From a virus (lineage: Duplodnaviria; Caudoviricetes): a DNA stretch of 58,995 nucleotides. The notes under the pieces are model-generated. The model did not search any database. It was not told where the DNA came from and worked only from the letters and a program-made list of their open reading frames with translations. Shown piece after piece: positions 56,425-58,995 of this stretch; positions within the stretch are counted from its first letter, which is position 1; every line of letters starts with the position of its first letter. The DNA lies in IMG/VR virus record IMGVR_UViG_3300012163_000002, positions 1-58,995 of that record; one strand, written 5' to 3'. The position numbers and the translations under genes are program-made.

Positions 56425-57072
56425 ATGAATCGCACCTACCTGTTCACTGGAATCGGCGCCGCGGCGCTGCTGATTGCGCTCCTGAGAGCGATCGAGCAGC
56501 CTCACGTCTTGCCCGCGGTTCGCGACACCCCCCTCGTCGCAGCCGTTCCAGCTGAGCAGGTGGGTGCGTCTACATCCACCGTCGATCTCTGGACGTCGAG
56601 CGAAGAGCGCACGCCCGCGGCCGGCGCGCCTGCGCCTGAGAACGATCCCTGTGCCGCCGTCCTTGAGCAGCTGCAGGCCGCGAACGCTCGAGACGCCGAG
56701 AGCGCGATCGCGATCGCTACGCTGCGCCAGGACATCGCCCGCCTCGCGCTCGAGCTTGATCGCCTGCGCTTCGACGAGTCGACGCCCTACGGTGCGTTCC
56801 TACGAAGCGACGAGGCCTTGAAGATCAACGACCCGCGCGCGCTGGTGTCGATCCAGGACTGGCTGCGACAGTTCCCCATCTTCCTCGGCCAAGGCGAAGC
56901 CACGTGGATCGCTGAGCGCGTGGCCGCGAATGACTGGACGCTCTTCGGTCGCACGAGCGAGGTGGCCTTGATTCAATTCCTCGGCGCCCGCCGTCTGGCC
57001 GCCGAGCTTCCTCCATCCCGTGCGGCCGAGCTGCGCATGTACTACGCCGACGAGCCCGGCGTGTTTCCGTGA
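56425..57072 (+). CDS. Membrane-anchored hypothetical protein
   Basis: N-terminal TM segment, coiled coil; SD GGAG. Confidence 0.75.
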   Translation: MNRTYLFTGIGAAALLIALLRAIEQPHVLPAVRDTPLVAAVPAEQVGASTSTVDLWTSSEERTPAAGAPAPENDPCAAVLEQLQAANARDAESAIAIATLRQDIARLALELDRLRFDESTPYGAFLRSDEALKINDPRALVSIQDWLRQFPIFLGQGEATWIAERVAANDWTLFGRTSEVALIQFLGARRLAAELPPSRAAELRMYYADEPGVFP

Positions 57073-57539
57073 ACGACGACGAGCTGCGCTTCGTCCCGCT
57101 GCCCGACGGTCGCGTCGGGATGCGCGAAAAGGGCGGACGCACGAAAGCCCACGTCATCGCGAAGGCGGACGGCCCGACGCTCACCCAAGCGCTCACGGCG
57201 CACGTCGAAGCGGGCTCGATGATCCACTCGGACGAGCACGCCGGATACAACGGGGTCGAAGCGGCTGGCTTCCAGCACGAATCGATCTCCCACGCCGCGC
57301 ACGAGTACGTCCGCGACGACGTGACGACGAACAGCATCGAGAGCGTGTGGGCCGTGATGAAGCGCGGGCTCCACGGGGTCTACCACCACGCCAGCGCGAA
57401 GCACATGGACCGCTACGTGTCGGAGTTCACCTTTCGCCTGAACGATGGCGACGTGAAGCGCCACACGATGCAGCGCCTCGACAGCCTCGTCTGCGCTTCC
57501 TTCGGACAGCGCGTGACCTACAAGGACTTGATCGCATGA
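57069..57539 (+). pseudogene. N-terminally truncated IS1595-family transposase
   Basis: VGMREKGG..IHSDE..Y..H..EYV..TNSIESVW..KRG..G.YH..KH..RY..EF.FR.N; lacks Zn ribbon, HTH and first Asp. Confidence 0.85.
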
Positions 57540-58786
57540 ATCCCGGCCTTTTCGCGTTCGACCGCATGATGGATGCGGTTCTGAAGTACGGACCGCCCAA
57601 GGACAAGATCGACTCTCACGCGGCTCGGCAACGCTCGGCGAAGGGCGTGCTGTCGAGCGCGGAGATGTTCTCCGGTTGTGGCGGGCTCGCGCTCGGGATG
57701 TCCCGCGCGGGGTTTCACCACGTCGTCATGGCGGAACTCGATTCGTCCGCCGTCGCCACCGCGAAGCACAACAAGTCGCGCGGGCTGGAGCACGTCGCGG
57801 CGTGGCCGATCGAGCAAACCGACGTCCGCGACATCGCATGGGCCGACCGAGCGGGCACGCTGTCTGTCATCTCTGGCGGTCCGCCGTGTCAGCCGTTCGG
57901 GATCGGCGGGAAGAAGCAGGGACACAAGGACTCGCGCGATATGTGGCCGGAAGCGATCCGCGCCATTCGAGAAGCGAAGCCCGATGGGTTCCTGTTCGAG
58001 AACGTGCGCAACCTCGCTGGCCCGAAGTTCAAGGTGTACCTCGATTGGATCGCGAACAGTCTGCGTCGCCCTTCGCTTGAGGCGCACGCGGATGAGAATC
58101 ATCTCGACCACTTGACGCGACTCCAGCGCGCAACGCGCCCCGAGGAATACAGCGTCGCTTGGCAAGTGGTGAACGCGGCCGACTACGGCGCTCCGCAGAT
58201 TCGATTCCGCGTGCTCATCTTCGGGCTTGCGTCGCGCCTTGGATCGACGGTGCAGGCGATGAAGCCGACGCACTCGCGCGACCGTCTCCTCTGGGATCAG
58301 TACGTGACTGGCGAGTATTGGAAGCGGCACGGCCTCAAGAAGCGCACGGCATCGAAGGATGATGCGGCGCGCGTCAAGTCGCTCCGTGAACTCCTGGAAC
58401 CGCCGTCCGATCTGCCGTGGGTCACCACGCGCGACGCGCTCGCGGGTCTGGGCGCACCCGATGGCAAACGGAACCACGTCCTACAGCCGGGAGCGCGCGC
58501 GTATACCGGGCACACGGGAAGCCCGCTCGACATGCCCGCGAAGGCGTTGAAGGCTGGCGCGCACGGTGTCCCAGGTGGCGAGAACATGATGGTCAAGGAC
58601 AACGGAGTGGTGCGCTACTTCACCGTCCGCGAAGCCGCGCGCTTGGTCGGTCTGCCCGACGACTACCTCTTCCCCGAGTCATGGTCGGAGAGCATGCGCC
58701 AGCTCGGGAACGCTGTTCCGGCGCAGCTCGGCGAGGCCGCTGGCTCTTGGCTCAAGCGATCGATCGTCGCGGCGAAGAGCGCCTAG
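57536..58786 (+). CDS. C5-cytosine DNA methyltransferase (M.Eco29kI/M.Cfr42I-like)
   Basis: FSGCGG, GGPPCQPF, ENV, Q.R.R, TRD Y.GHTGS..KAG.HGVPGGENM, R.FTVRE, GNAVP. Confidence 0.93.
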   Translation: MNPGLFAFDRMMDAVLKYGPPKDKIDSHAARQRSAKGVLSSAEMFSGCGGLALGMSRAGFHHVVMAELDSSAVATAKHNKSRGLEHVAAWPIEQTDVRDIAWADRAGTLSVISGGPPCQPFGIGGKKQGHKDSRDMWPEAIRAIREAKPDGFLFENVRNLAGPKFKVYLDWIANSLRRPSLEAHADENHLDHLTRLQRATRPEEYSVAWQVVNAADYGAPQIRFRVLIFGLASRLGSTVQAMKPTHSRDRLLWDQYVTGEYWKRHGLKKRTASKDDAARVKSLRELLEPPSDLPWVTTRDALAGLGAPDGKRNHVLQPGARAYTGHTGSPLDMPAKALKAGAHGVPGGENMMVKDNGVVRYFTVREAARLVGLPDDYLFPESWSESMRQLGNAVPAQLGEAAGSWLKRSIVAAKSA

Positions 58787-58995
58787 GGCTTCTTCGGGAA
58801 CCGCGCATTCCACTGGCTCACGCGGTCTGTTCCGGGACGTCCAACGCCGGGAGTCTTGCTCCCGAATCCGCTCTCGTTCCACTCCGGGTGGTAGTGCGTG
58901 ATGAGGGCGAACTCGGCCGCGAACACCCACCACTCGCTGGCGAAGGTGAGGTAGCGGCACTTCATGTCGGTGGCCGAGATGTTGTCACGGCCCGC
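58783..58995 (-). CDS. Eco29kI-like GIY-YIG restriction endonuclease, 3' part (runs off window)
   Basis: Frame open to the edge: AGRDNISATDMKCRYL..W...AE..LI..Y.P.WN..GFGS..PG.GR....SQW; convergent with the MTase. Confidence 0.7.
   Translation of the reverse strand, partial: AGRDNISATDMKCRYLTFASEWWVFAAEFALITHYHPEWNESGFGSKTPGVGRPGTDRVSQWNARFPKKP

Larger units (their letters stand above)
1..58995 (+). mobile_element. Tailed dsDNA bacteriophage or prophage, near-complete, siphovirus-type with YuA/M6-like virion module
   Basis: Colinear terminase-portal-capsid-tail-tape measure genes plus a replication module; tightly packed, co-oriented genes with many ATGA/GTGA overlaps. Confidence 0.95.

Noticed and set aside
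57020-57535. Apparent 588-aa methyltransferase with long N-terminal extension
   Set aside because: The extension is an alternative frame of the transposase fragment; ATG 57536 overlapping its stop is the better start.
50601-57539. Composite transposon bounded by the two IS1595 copies
   Set aside because: The first element is closed by its own TIRs and target duplication, and the two transposases are clearly divergent.
1-58995. CRISPR or TIGR-like array, diversity-generating retroelement, tRNA, intron or intein
   Set aside because: No regularly spaced repeats in intergenic gaps, no RT motif, no cloverleaf, and core genes are uninterrupted. Checked by eye only.
1-58995. Stop-codon reassignment
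   Set aside because: Core genes are full length under the standard code, and TAG, TGA and TAA all end genes at sensible positions.
1-58995. Frequent GCGATCGC (HIP1-like) words
   Set aside because: Plausibly explained by GCG-ATC-GCN codon bias and general CGATCG richness; needs a codon-aware count.

Overview
A near-complete genome of a high-GC tailed dsDNA phage (siphovirus-type), with every credible gene on the + strand except the last. Order: terminase small subunit, about 4 kb of accessory genes, terminase large subunit, portal, minor head protein, scaffold, major capsid, head decoration and neck proteins, tail tube, tail chaperones joined by a -1 frameshift, tape measure and a YuA/M6-like tail tip. 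Next come membrane and holin-like genes with no recognisable endolysin, and a recombination/replication block (PD-(D/E)XK nuclease, Sak4-like ATPase, SSB, ERCC4 nuclease, RecD2-like helicase, primase-helicase, SMC-like ATPase). A ParB / SAM-methyltransferase-like / DUF5131 cluster follows and is a candidate DNA-modification system. The right end holds a complete 1762-bp IS1595-family element (23-bp TIRs, 8-bp target duplication, passenger ORFs) inserted in a putative sigma28-type promoter. It also holds a beta-clamp-like fragment, a HerA-like ATPase, and a truncated second IS1595 transposase followed by an Eco29kI/Cfr42I-type restriction-modification pair cut by the window edge. No integrase, DNA polymerase, tRNA, CRISPR array or reverse transcriptase was seen. 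All family assignments come from motif recognition by eye and gene order, not database searches.
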